64,000 nt of DNA. It comes from Myxococcales bacterium (GTDB lineage Bacteria > Myxococcota_A > UBA9042 > JABWCM01 > BTVJ01). Below, one piece after another: positions 31,501 through 40,341 of this stretch (position 1 is the stretch's first letter; each line of letters starts with the position of its first letter). The stretch spans positions 20,186-84,185 of the forward strand of contig BTVJ01000031.1 in assembly GCA_045863395.1 (NCBI GenBank). The letters are read 5' to 3'. Position numbers and translations under genes: made by a program. Below the pieces are notes generated by a model. It was not told the DNA's origin, made no database searches, and saw only the letters and a program-made list of their open reading frames with translations.

Positions 31501-32624
31501 ACATCCGCAACCTCTACGGTGGAGACTCCAACTACGCCGGCCACCCTGGTGGTGGCAGCGTCCCGTCCCAGTCGAGCTGCCGCCACGGCTCGTTCGCGTA
31601 CCTCCCGCTCGACACGGCCGTCTATATGCGGGAGGCGGACCCGCTCGGCGGCGCCGACGGTTCGTCCCAGGCCCTGGCGGCCCCGTCGTGCTTCCACGTC
31701 CCGCCGACCAGCGCCGTCTACTGGATCGACCCGAACGGCGGCTCCACGGCCGACGCCTTCCAGGTGTTCTGCGACCAGACGACGGACGGCGGCGGCTGGG
31801 CTGTGACCGCGTCGTGCAAGGACGCCCTCGCAAAGGGCCTGTCCGTCGGCGACGGCGTCTACATGATCGACCCGGTCACCCCGTCCACGGGCGCCAACCG
31901 GTTCCTGGCCTGGTGCGAGATGACCACGGCAGGCGGCGGCTGGACCTTGGTGTTCAACGCGGCGTCCCGGGACGGCGTCCGCCACACCTACGACGACACG
32001 ACCTTCTGGACCGGCACCGGCACGGAGGGCAGCGTCTGGGCAGCCCTCGGCACGGGCTACAAGGGTCAGGCGTACTCGGCGCTGCCCATCGCCGCCGAGA
32101 CGCTCGTCTTGATCCACGACGCCGGGACCAAGAAGGCCCACGCGGTCTACGACGTGGTCGGGGCCCAGCAGGGCCGCACCTTCCAGTGGTGGGCGGCGAA
32201 CCTGTCGGACACCGTGGTCACGGCGCCGCGCAAGGCCGCATCCGGGACAGTCGGGGCGACCCTCAACGTGTGGCGCCCCCAGACGAAGTACGGAGACCTG
32301 TTCGTGGACAACCCGGAGGCGCTGGTCATCAACAAGCAGAGTGGATGGAGTGCCACCGAGAACAGGAACCGCCTGGCGACGACCCTGACGAACACGCTCT
32401 ACGGGCACACTTTCGCCGGCCTCGGCGGCCGCCACGCCTACTCCGGCTGGGGCACCGTGTACGAGTCGGCGCCGATCTCCTCCTACTGCGACCTCACGAA
32501 CGGCTACGGCACCGACTCCAACTACGCTGGCCACCCGAGCGGAGGCAGCGTGCCCACCCAGAGCTCTTGCCGCCACGGCAGCTTCACCTGGCTGCCCGTG
32601 GACACGGCGGTGCTCGTGCGCTGA
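28557..32624 (+). CDS. Large secreted protein with three fibrinogen-like (xCDMTTDGGGWT) domains
   Basis: GGAGG RBS; signal peptide (…TTAHA|D); DLACxGCV repeats; GNVGIGTNSPAARLDV; three WC[D/E]MTTxGGGWTL domains plus two short half-copies. Confidence 0.85.
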   Translation: MTCARLSRSIVALVALLSTTAHADPLSPVVQVQGLVQTAGGSPASGAFPMTFRLFGQQVGGTALFTQTFASVTVTTGLFDAAVGPFPDGVLESVAEPWLETQVGTEVMPRTRLRPVAYALVARTATLAATAADLACSGCVGEDELGAPWARAATPGGAASDLACTGCVSAAELATGAVTSAAIQDGSIGAADVGFPYAASTSVAGPAVDLACTGCVGSTDLAANLTLQGNVTTTGGLTACSAGQPGCGIILGPTKLSNDNGFLTVLTQGGVRVRSEANDAWRPLEMGGGRSYAKFVVDPGDLTVSGKVGVGIASPGASLHVAGDSIFGGPVTFASTVTYGGDLLLGGNVGIGTNSPAARLDVVGGIKASGPVQVGVDNGPCNQSKVGALRWSGTTIEYCSGTAWQAIYDPAATGGSQTEAAASCLAILQNGYANGDGFYWVDPNGGSNNDAFRVWCDMTTDGGGWTLLFNLDSTDGARHDHDDTAFWLGTGVENEMTSALATGIKTQAFTKIEGGTEMMVLAHTKGVKKGFATYTIKQSYRGKSMHWLMNNVTAGTLTSKRKAAGGTVGATLNVDRPQPEFGDPFINHDEALVVNRQNAWGAAENKARLATTLTNTSYGHTFDGLGGRHFYGGWGLMYESAPITSYCDERNLYGADGNYAGHPSGGNVASTPSCRHGAFAWLPIDTAVFVRETDLTAEKDGSSQVLAAPSCAALASLGKDQDGLYWIDPNGGATADAFPIYCDLNSAGGAGFEVVASCKDALAKGLSKGDGVYLIDPLTPTTGANRFLTWCDMTTDGGGWTLLFNLDSGDGANHHYDDTGFWLGTGTEGSPGSALTAGFKSAAYSKFVKSEELLVVLHQGGTKKGHARYALSSLFKGRTMHWMQNNLVHQPITGGRVAGSGTAGATHNTLRPQSQFGDPFIDKTSPLMINRQTAWGSENRARVATTLTNTEYGHTFDGLGGRHEYGGWGTLYESAPISSYCDIRNLYGGDSNYAGHPGGGSVPSQSSCRHGSFAYLPLDTAVYMREADPLGGADGSSQALAAPSCFHVPPTSAVYWIDPNGGSTADAFQVFCDQTTDGGGWAVTASCKDALAKGLSVGDGVYMIDPVTPSTGANRFLAWCEMTTAGGGWTLVFNAASRDGVRHTYDDTTFWTGTGTEGSVWAALGTGYKGQAYSALPIAAETLVLIHDAGTKKAHAVYDVVGAQQGRTFQWWAANLSDTVVTAPRKAASGTVGATLNVWRPQTKYGDLFVDNPEALVINKQSGWSATENRNRLATTLTNTLYGHTFAGLGGRHAYSGWGTVYESAPISSYCDLTNGYGTDSNYAGHPSGGSVPTQSSCRHGSFTWLPVDTAVLVR

Positions 32625-32704
32625 GGCTGGCCACTCGGACACCAGGCTCGTAGAATCCTGCCCGAGCGGCGCCGTGCCGCCTCCCCCCAGCCAGGAGCGA
32701 TGCC

Positions 32705-33790
32705 ATGAGTGCCCTCCCCGCGCACGCCCCAGCCGCCCTCTTTGCCGTCGCCCTCACGACGGGGCTGCTCCCGACGACCTCCCGCGCCAACGACTCCTCC
32801 TACGCTGGCTGCGCTGGCGCCCCGGCTACCATGGCCGGCGAGACCTGCGTCCCCGAGAAGCGCGACGACGTCCTGCTCGCCGACGAGGCGCTGCGCTTCA
32901 CCGAGACGCTGGTGGACGGCAAGAGCGTCTGGGAGGTGGAGGCCCGCTACACGTTTCGGAATCGGGGCGCGGACGTCACCCTGCAGGTGGGCTTCCCCAT
33001 CGACGACCCCATGACGGAGACTCCCGGCGCCCAGGCCGTCGAGGGCTACGCGGTGACCGTGGACGGCGCCCCCGCCACCTGGCGCGCGTTCGAGCCCGCC
33101 AAGGAGGGCGATGACGCGTCGCGGGCACAGGCGCGAGCCTTCGGCTACGACCGGGTCCACCTGACGGAGGTCCACTTCCCCGGTGGTGGCGAGCGCACCC
33201 TGACCCACACCTACCGGGCCCGGGCCAGCAACAACAACTATTGGATGGCGTGGCACACCTACATTCTCAAGACAGGCGGCCACTGGAAGGGCGGGCGCAT
33301 CGGACACATCGTCGTCACGGTGACCCACGCGCGCCCGGTCGCCTATGACCACCACTCCGCGAGCCTGAGGGGAGGCACGTGGGACGCTGCGACCCGCACC
33401 TGGCGCTGGGAGGCGAGCGGCTGGGAGCCGACGACGGACCTGAACTACCTCTGGGGCAACCCGGAGGCCATCGCCTGGGAGTCTGGGCAGCTCGGCGACC
33501 TGGACGAGGCCGATCTGAGCACGGTGAAGACAGACAGGCTCAGGAGCGCGCTGACAAAGATCCTCCAGGTGTTTCGCCACGGGGCACTGCCGGCGCGGCG
33601 CACCTACGACCCGCGAGGCAAGCTGCTCCGAGAGGCGTGGGGCCGGAGTCTCCACCCGGTCACCCCGGCGCCGGACCCGAACCTGACGCTGGCCGACCTG
33701 GCGGGAGAGACCCGAGCGCTCGTGCTCGCGCTGGACCGGGAGCTGGAGAGGCGGAAGGCGCGGAGGGTGGCGCTGCCGCCGGCGCGTTGA
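32705..33790 (+). CDS. Secreted DUF4424-like protein
   Basis: Signal peptide then ANDSS; YTFRNRG…VGFP; FPGGGERTLTHTY; YILKTGGHWKGGRIG. Confidence 0.6.
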   Translation: MSALPAHAPAALFAVALTTGLLPTTSRANDSSYAGCAGAPATMAGETCVPEKRDDVLLADEALRFTETLVDGKSVWEVEARYTFRNRGADVTLQVGFPIDDPMTETPGAQAVEGYAVTVDGAPATWRAFEPAKEGDDASRAQARAFGYDRVHLTEVHFPGGGERTLTHTYRARASNNNYWMAWHTYILKTGGHWKGGRIGHIVVTVTHARPVAYDHHSASLRGGTWDAATRTWRWEASGWEPTTDLNYLWGNPEAIAWESGQLGDLDEADLSTVKTDRLRSALTKILQVFRHGALPARRTYDPRGKLLREAWGRSLHPVTPAPDPNLTLADLAGETRALVLALDRELERRKARRVALPPAR

Positions 33791-33810
33791 GATGGCAAGC
33801 TGGCTGTGCG

Positions 33811-35541
33811 CTACTTCGACTTCTGCTCGTCGTGCTGCCGCTGGGCCTCATTGCCGGCCATGCCGCCGGTGACACCAGCGACCGTGAACTGGAACCGCTC
33901 AACGTCAGTGGCACGGGAGAGCGCCTCCTCTCCCAGCATCTTCACGGCGTCGCCCGCCGTCAGGTCACCCTTGGCGGCGCGCTTGGCCGTCGCCTGGAAG
34001 GCCCCGGTGACGCTGCCGAGCAGGTGGGACTCCAACACGGACACGCCGGCTTGTACTACCGATGACGGGGCGACGGATGTACCGAGGGTTCGCTGGATCC
34101 GGGCCGCCAGGTCCCTGGTGATCGCGGCCTTCTGTCCGGCGTAGAGGGACTGAAACCTGCTGACGGCCATGCCCGTGGCCAAGCTCCATGCGGCGGTGTC
34201 GAGGGCCGTCTCGGCGAGAGCGCCAGTGTCGCTCCACTCCAGCCCACCGCCGTTCATCTCCTTGTCGGCGCCCGCTGCGATCACGGCGACGCCAGCATCG
34301 ATGGCCGCACTGACCAGCGGTCCACCAGGCCCCTGCGCAATGACCCACTTGAGGGCGGCGATGAGCCCAGTCTTCGCGGTCTCTGCGCACAGCGCGCCGC
34401 GCTCGGCCAGCTCCGCCTCCTGCGCGCCCACCTTGCGGGCCATGGCCGACGTGTCGGCGTCCCGAACACCGAGCCTCTCCAGATGACCATGGAACTGGAT
34501 GAGCGCAGGGGCCGCATCTCGGAGGCGCGGAGCCACCTGTGCGATCATTGCGGCCTGCTCGGCCACCTGGTCCATCTCGGCCGCGACCTGGCCCTGGCCA
34601 GTGCGGAACGGCACCACGGCGTCGATGAAGCTCCGCGCCATGAGCTCCGGAGCAGTCAGCTTACCGATCTGGACGTGGCGGTACATGGCCGCCTTGCCAG
34701 CCGCCGAGGCGCCGAGGACGCTGGCCGAGGCGCGCAGCCGCATCGCGTAGGCTTCGAGGACCTGGGCGAAGCGCGTCGCCTCGTCGGGGCTCGGCGTCGG
34801 CGGCAGGCCGCGCTGCAGCTCGGTTCGGAGGGCATCGAGGCTCCCGGCCGCGAAGACCTCCACCTGGCTCGCCTTCGTCCGGGCGGGGACCTGCGGGGCG
34901 GCAGGGGCGGCAGGAGCGGCAGGGGCGGCAGGGGCGACGCCACGATCCGCGTCGTGGGCGACCGGAGCGGGGCGGCTGGCGGGCGAGACCTCCGGGACAC
35001 CATCCTGGACCGGCGCCGGCGCGACGCCAGGGAGCGCTGCCTGGAGTCGCTGGAGGGCGTGCTGTTCGCGCCCCTGCGCCGCGGCGCGCGCCACGATGGC
35101 CTGTGCGATCACGCTCGCGTCCACCGGGGCGCTGATCACCGCGAGGGCCTGAGCGGCCCCCGCCACGTCCTCCTTGCCCGTGGCCATGTGGGCGTGGACG
35201 AAGCGGCCGGCAAACTCGGGGGCTCTTCGCGCCTCCACGACGGCCGCCGCCGAAGCAGCGACCAGGTCGGCGACGTCGAGACCGTTCTGCTCGGCGAGGG
35301 CTCGCGCGGCCTCCTGGAGACGCTGCAATGCAAAGGGTTGGGGGGCCGCGTCCCACGCCAGGCGCCGAATCTCGTCCCGGACCCCGTCGGGGCCGGAGGT
35401 GCAGGCGGCCAGCGTGGCTCCGGAGTCTACGGTGCGGGGCTGGCCTGAGTGCTTGCCATTGGGTCGGTCGCGTGCGGGCTCGGGGCGGGTCGTGTCCTTC
35501 TGGAGCTCTGAGATGCGCTGCGCTGCCTGCCTGTGGCCCAT
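33811..35541 (-). CDS. Hypothetical Ala-rich helical protein
   Basis: GGAGG RBS before MGHRQ (35541); open frame to 33811; hydrophobic Gly/Ala segments near the C-terminus. Confidence 0.55.
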   Translation of the reverse strand: MGHRQAAQRISELQKDTTRPEPARDRPNGKHSGQPRTVDSGATLAACTSGPDGVRDEIRRLAWDAAPQPFALQRLQEAARALAEQNGLDVADLVAASAAAVVEARRAPEFAGRFVHAHMATGKEDVAGAAQALAVISAPVDASVIAQAIVARAAAQGREQHALQRLQAALPGVAPAPVQDGVPEVSPASRPAPVAHDADRGVAPAAPAAPAAPAAPQVPARTKASQVEVFAAGSLDALRTELQRGLPPTPSPDEATRFAQVLEAYAMRLRASASVLGASAAGKAAMYRHVQIGKLTAPELMARSFIDAVVPFRTGQGQVAAEMDQVAEQAAMIAQVAPRLRDAAPALIQFHGHLERLGVRDADTSAMARKVGAQEAELAERGALCAETAKTGLIAALKWVIAQGPGGPLVSAAIDAGVAVIAAGADKEMNGGGLEWSDTGALAETALDTAAWSLATGMAVSRFQSLYAGQKAAITRDLAARIQRTLGTSVAPSSVVQAGVSVLESHLLGSVTGAFQATAKRAAKGDLTAGDAVKMLGEEALSRATDVERFQFTVAGVTGGMAGNEAQRQHDEQKSK

Positions 35542-35799
35542 GGAGGCTCCTCCTGTGTGATTGGTCAGCTCCCGCGGTGGGGATCGTGGGCGCCGCTTCG
35601 TGCCGCCGTGCTCCAGGTTGCGCGGTTTGTGCACCACCCTTCCCCCGGACCCGCGCACGGCGCTGCGCGGTTGCCCTACGACCCGCTCCCGAGGCCGCGC
35701 ACGCGCCTTCGCGCCACTGGCACATCCGCATGAAATCAGAGCACTTCTCACACTGGCACGCTCCTCGCTTCCCTCGGGGGGCACACATGGAGGTGTCTC

Positions 35800-36213
35800 G
35801 TGATTGGAGTGTCATCGGTGGAGATCCTGGTGCGGAGCCTGCTCGTGGGGGTCGTGGCGACGGTGGTCGATCTCGCGGCGCTGTGGGCGCTGGTCGACGG
35901 GCTCGGCTGGGCGGCGGTGGCGGCCAACGTGCCGGCGCTGGCGCTCGGTCTGTGTGTGCAGTTCGCGGGCAACAAGTGGTTCGCGTTCCGTGACCCGTCG
36001 CGTGACTACGCACGGCAAGGGGCGGCCTTCCTGGCGGTGGAGGCGGGCGCCTTCACGCTGAACGCGGCGGCCTTCCACGCCCTCTCCGTCTTGGGGGCCG
36101 GGTGGATGGCCGCGCGGCTCGTCGCCTCGGCGGCGGTGTACGTCGGCTTCAGCCTGCCGCTCTGGGGGCGCATCTTCCAGCCGTCCGCGGAGACGGTGGG
36201 GCAGGCGCGGTAG
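35800..36213 (+). CDS. GtrA-family membrane protein
   Basis: Four TM segments; VGVVATVVD, QFAGNKWFAFRD. Confidence 0.8.
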   Translation: MIGVSSVEILVRSLLVGVVATVVDLAALWALVDGLGWAAVAANVPALALGLCVQFAGNKWFAFRDPSRDYARQGAAFLAVEAGAFTLNAAAFHALSVLGAGWMAARLVASAAVYVGFSLPLWGRIFQPSAETVGQAR

Positions 36214-36297
36214 CGACGGCCTCACCCACCGGAGTTCTCTCCTTGACGCAGTGCCGGACTCGGGCGGATCATCGAGACCCAACCAGCGGGGTGAACG

Positions 36298-36924
36298 ATG
36301 GTCCCAGTCGAGCTTCGTACCGGCCGGCGAGAGCGCGGATGGCGCCTCTGGGCATTCCGGCTGTTGGTCGCATCCATGCTGCTCTTCAGTGCCTTTGGCG
36401 CTGTGGTCCGCTGTAGCGGTCCCCCTCCAGGCGTCGCGGCGGCGAGCCCCGGAGACCCACGTTGGCTTGCGGCGGCGAAGACCGAGAAGGTGGACGCCCA
36501 GGAACGGCGGCGCCGTGAGCAGGAGTCGATGAGCGTCCAGCTCGCGCTGATCGCGGGCGCGTGTGCGGCGGCTCTGATGGGGCTGCGGCTGACGCGAGCC
36601 CGTGGAACCGTCACCATCGACGATCACGGCATGAAGGTAGACTCAGGGGGGGAGCAGCGGAGTATCGCGTGGTCCAATCTGGTGTCGGCGTATTGGGATC
36701 GCCCGGTTTCGGGGCGTCCCAACCCCAATGTCTACATCGAGCCGCACATCGGTAGCGCCGCGGCGCCGGCCCTGGCGAGCCTCGCGAGCGACAACTGGGT
36801 GGTGGAGTTTCGCGACGGATCCGGGGGTCCGCCCATCGTCCTCGACGGTCGGGACTTCTATCGTGCCCACGCGGCGCTGCAGGCCATACGCGACGCGCTA
36901 CCCCCTCGCTTCCCGCGCCACTGA
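36298..36924 (+). CDS. Hypothetical membrane protein (two TM segments, PH-like C-terminal region)
   Basis: Two hydrophobic segments followed by VTIDDHGM…SIAWSNL. Confidence 0.45.
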   Translation: MVPVELRTGRRERGWRLWAFRLLVASMLLFSAFGAVVRCSGPPPGVAAASPGDPRWLAAAKTEKVDAQERRRREQESMSVQLALIAGACAAALMGLRLTRARGTVTIDDHGMKVDSGGEQRSIAWSNLVSAYWDRPVSGRPNPNVYIEPHIGSAAAPALASLASDNWVVEFRDGSGGPPIVLDGRDFYRAHAALQAIRDALPPRFPRH

Positions 36925-36948
36925 GCGTCTCCCAGTGAGACGCCCCGC

Positions 36949-38154
36949 TCAGACCGTCCGGTACAGCTCCGCGAGCGTCGGCAGCACGCTCTCCTTCGCG
37001 AAGTGGGCGCGCCCGATGGCCGCGATGGCGGCCCGGCGTGCGTCGTCCTGCCCGTCGAGCAGCCGCGCGAAGGGCCGGAGATAGCTCGCCGGGTCGTCCT
37101 CGTTGAGCAGCACCCCCGTCCCGTGATCCCGGACGAAGGCGCTGTAGTCGCCGATGCCCTCGTTGATCAGCACGGGGAGCCCCGCGAGCAGGTACTCGGC
37201 GAACTTGGTGGGGGCCGCCACCTCGTTGACCGGGTGGCGTGCGCGCAGGAGGATGCCGGCGTCCGCGGCGTTGAGCCAGCCGTTGACCTCCGCGTGGGGG
37301 ACGCGCAGGACCCGCGCTCGTCCGTCAGGGATGCCCGCCTCCGCCAGCGCGCTGCGCATGGCGTCGAGGCCCGGCGTGAGCGCGACGAAGGTGACCCGCG
37401 CGTCGGCCTCCATGAGGGTGCGCACGACCCGCAGCGTGGCGGGGAGGTGGTGCCACTTGCCCGTGGCGCCCGGGAACACGATGACGCGCCCGTCGAGGCC
37501 CTCCCGCTGGCGCACCTCGGCGCGCAGCGCGGGGTCGAAGCGGAACGTCTCGTCACTGGCGAGGCAGGGGACCACCCGGATCTTCCCGGCATCGGCGCCG
37601 AAGTCGCGGACCAGCCAGTCGCGCAGCGGGCCCGACACCGCGATGATCGCCGCGGCGCTCCGCACGGCCTCCTGCATCCAGACCGGGGCGACGCGCGCCA
37701 TGACCGCGGCGCCTCGCTCCCCTTGCGCGGCCATCATGCCCAGCTCCGCCAGGTGGCCCCGCACGTCGAGCACCAGGCGCACGCCCGGGTGCAGCCGCGC
37801 GACGTTCATGGCGATGGCCGCCGCCTTCACGGAGCGGGCGTGGATCACCACCTCGCGCGCCAGGAGCGCCGGCCCCGCCGCGGCGATGACCGCCGCCGTG
37901 GCCGCCGCCAGCCCCACCGGCAGGTCCGCGCGGTAGTGGGGCACGACCAGCACGCGCCCCTGGAGGCGCGCGGCGACCTCCCGGCGTCGCTGGAGCAGCG
38001 TGTGGCGGTCGCGCAGCATCATCCCGGCGGAGACGCTGGAGATCAGGTCGAAGTGCAGCCCGAGCCGGTCGAGCAGGGCGAGGGGCTCCACCACCTGGGA
38101 GTCGATGACCGTCGGCTGGAAGGGCTCCGTGAACAGGTACAGGTAGCGGCGCAT
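36949..38154 (-). CDS. Glycosyltransferase, GT-B fold (family 4-like)
   Basis: IAVSGPLRD; VPHAEVNGWLNAADAGILL…AAPTKFAEYLLAGLPVL. Confidence 0.85.
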   Translation of the reverse strand: MRRYLYLFTEPFQPTVIDSQVVEPLALLDRLGLHFDLISSVSAGMMLRDRHTLLQRRREVAARLQGRVLVVPHYRADLPVGLAAATAAVIAAAGPALLAREVVIHARSVKAAAIAMNVARLHPGVRLVLDVRGHLAELGMMAAQGERGAAVMARVAPVWMQEAVRSAAAIIAVSGPLRDWLVRDFGADAGKIRVVPCLASDETFRFDPALRAEVRQREGLDGRVIVFPGATGKWHHLPATLRVVRTLMEADARVTFVALTPGLDAMRSALAEAGIPDGRARVLRVPHAEVNGWLNAADAGILLRARHPVNEVAAPTKFAEYLLAGLPVLINEGIGDYSAFVRDHGTGVLLNEDDPASYLRPFARLLDGQDDARRAAIAAIGRAHFAKESVLPTLAELYRTV

Positions 38155-38157
38155 GGG

Positions 38158-40341
38158 TCACTCCCGCTCGACGGCGACGGCGCGCCCTGCCTCGATGCGC
38201 ACCACGTCGACGCCGCCGGGCACCGGGATGCGGAGGCGCCCCTCCTCCCACACCGGCCGCCCGCAGGTCGCAGGCGCGAGCAGCAGGGGACGGCGCGCCG
38301 GCAGCGGCTCATCGCGCCAGAGCCCGATGGTCGTGCCGTCGCGGCGCTCCCCGTACCGAGGCGCGAAGAGGCCCAACCCAGGCTCCGGGGAGTCACCGCG
38401 GCGCAGCTCCGCCCGCAGCTCGGACGACCACCAGGCGTGTGCCAGGAGGCGGCCGTCCCGCAGGAGCGCGAGGCCGCCCTCAACGGTCCGCGCCTCGACC
38501 GCCCCGACCTGGAGCCACTGCCGGGTCCGGTGGACCCCTGCGCCGCTCCACGCGTCGCTGAGGAGGATCCAGCCCGGGTCGGGCCGCCAGAGGAGCTGGC
38601 GCTCCAGCGTGGCACTGCGATCGGGGCCCGCGGGCACGCGGAAGGCGACGCGGTGGTGGTCCTCGGCGCCCTCCCACTCCACCACGTCGGCGGTCTGCTG
38701 GCCATCGACACCGAACCGCCAGGTGGTCACGTCGAAGGGGTCCCGGTCGTCGAGCTGGAGCCCCGAATGGGCGTCAGCCCCCCGGAACGCCGCGCGCAGG
38801 CGGTCCTCCCCCGCGTAGAGCCAGACGCCCGGGTCGACGAGCAGCTCCTCCCCGTCGAGCCACCACGTCAGCGAGAGGCCGTGGCAGTGCTGGTGGCTCT
38901 GCGAGACGCCGATGCGGCGCGCGGTGGGTCCGGCGGTCATCACGACGTGGCTGCGAGACACGCCCACATCCTGGCGCAGCACGGCGAAGCCCCCGCACTG
39001 GAACAGGCGGGCCCTCTGCCCGGGCTCGTCCCGGCGCAGGCGGCGCCACGCGTCGAAGGCGGCCGGCCCCAGGAGCCACGCCGGCTCCTCCGGCATCTGC
39101 GACAACCCGCAGGCCATGTCGCCGCGCCCCAGCAGCAGCGCGCCGACCGCGAGCACACCCCGGCGGTCCCGCCCGTCGTCCAGGTCCGTCAGGCGGAACC
39201 CGCGCCCGCCGTCGGCGTCGCCGATGAGCGGCACGGAGCCGTCCGGGCGCACCACCCGCCGCGCGAAGTCCAGCATGGCGAGCACGCGGGCGCGCACTCC
39301 GTCATCGAGCGGCAGCACCGCGTGGCGGCGTAGCGCGAGAGCCTCCACGACGCTCTCCAGGACGAACAGGTGGTAGGAGGTCGCGCCCTCGCCCGGGGAG
39401 CCCTCCTCCCAGAACTGCTTGAGGACCTCGGCGTGGAGGGTCGCCGACGCCCTCAGCGCGGCGCGGCGGAGCGGCCGCAGCCCGGGCACGGCCACACCGA
39501 GGGCGAGCAGCCCAGCGACCTCGGTGATCAGGTGGTTGTGGGTCGTCGCGCCGGACGAGAGGGTGCGCACCACATACTCTCCGTGGAGCCACAGCAGCTT
39601 GTAGATGAGGAGGCGCCGCTCCGGCGGGATGGCGTCGGACCGGCTGGTCGCCGCCAGGGCGAGCAGCCAGGACCTGATGCGGAGCGCCGCCTCCTGGGCG
39701 TGGAGCCAGTGCACGCCGACGCCGAAGGGGTTGTGGGCGATCCAGTCCGCGAGGGTGTCCCCGATGGCCTCCGCATAGCGCCCTTCGCCCGTCACAAGGT
39801 GGGCGCGGGCGAGGGTGCCGAGCCACTGGTGGCGCGACAGCTCCCAGATGCGGCGCACGTCTCCAGGGCGCCGCGCGCTGTCGATGTCCAGCGCGGAGGC
39901 GGGCTCGAGCGGCCAGTCTGCGGGGCTGTCGATCAGCGCGTGCCAGCGGAGCGCCCCGTCCGGGTAGCCCGAGATGAGCCACGAGAAGCGCCCCGCCAGG
40001 ATGTCCTCGGCGCGGCGCAGCGTCGCCGCCGCGCAGTCGGGCCGGTGCTCTGCGATGGCGCGCGCGGTCGCAGGGTCCGACAGGCTGGGCAGGTAGCGCC
40101 GCCGCAGGGTGGCGTCCAGGTCGGCGACGGCGCGGCGCAGGTCGGCAGCCGTGGACGGTACGGGGCGCCCCAAGGCCCTGAAGAAGTCCGCGTCCGAGGG
40201 GATCGTCGCCAGGTGCCGGTCGATCCACCGCTGAGCCGCCGCCGAGCGGGATCCCTTGAACAGAGCGTCACGGACCACGGCCGCCCCGTGGACCGGCCCG
40301 TCGCTGCGGAAGCGACGGATGGCGCGGGCGATGAGCTCCAC
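38158..40341 (-). CDS. Heparinase II/III-family (alginate lyase-like) protein
   Basis: GDVRRIWELSRHQW, WIAHNPFGVGVHW, HNHLITE, EGATSYHLFVLE, PLIGDADGG, HQHCHGLS, LVDPGVWLY. Confidence 0.85.
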   Translation of the reverse strand: MELIARAIRRFRSDGPVHGAAVVRDALFKGSRSAAAQRWIDRHLATIPSDADFFRALGRPVPSTAADLRRAVADLDATLRRRYLPSLSDPATARAIAEHRPDCAAATLRRAEDILAGRFSWLISGYPDGALRWHALIDSPADWPLEPASALDIDSARRPGDVRRIWELSRHQWLGTLARAHLVTGEGRYAEAIGDTLADWIAHNPFGVGVHWLHAQEAALRIRSWLLALAATSRSDAIPPERRLLIYKLLWLHGEYVVRTLSSGATTHNHLITEVAGLLALGVAVPGLRPLRRAALRASATLHAEVLKQFWEEGSPGEGATSYHLFVLESVVEALALRRHAVLPLDDGVRARVLAMLDFARRVVRPDGSVPLIGDADGGRGFRLTDLDDGRDRRGVLAVGALLLGRGDMACGLSQMPEEPAWLLGPAAFDAWRRLRRDEPGQRARLFQCGGFAVLRQDVGVSRSHVVMTAGPTARRIGVSQSHQHCHGLSLTWWLDGEELLVDPGVWLYAGEDRLRAAFRGADAHSGLQLDDRDPFDVTTWRFGVDGQQTADVVEWEGAEDHHRVAFRVPAGPDRSATLERQLLWRPDPGWILLSDAWSGAGVHRTRQWLQVGAVEARTVEGGLALLRDGRLLAHAWWSSELRAELRRGDSPEPGLGLFAPRYGERRDGTTIGLWRDEPLPARRPLLLAPATCGRPVWEEGRLRIPVPGGVDVVRIEAGRAVAVERE

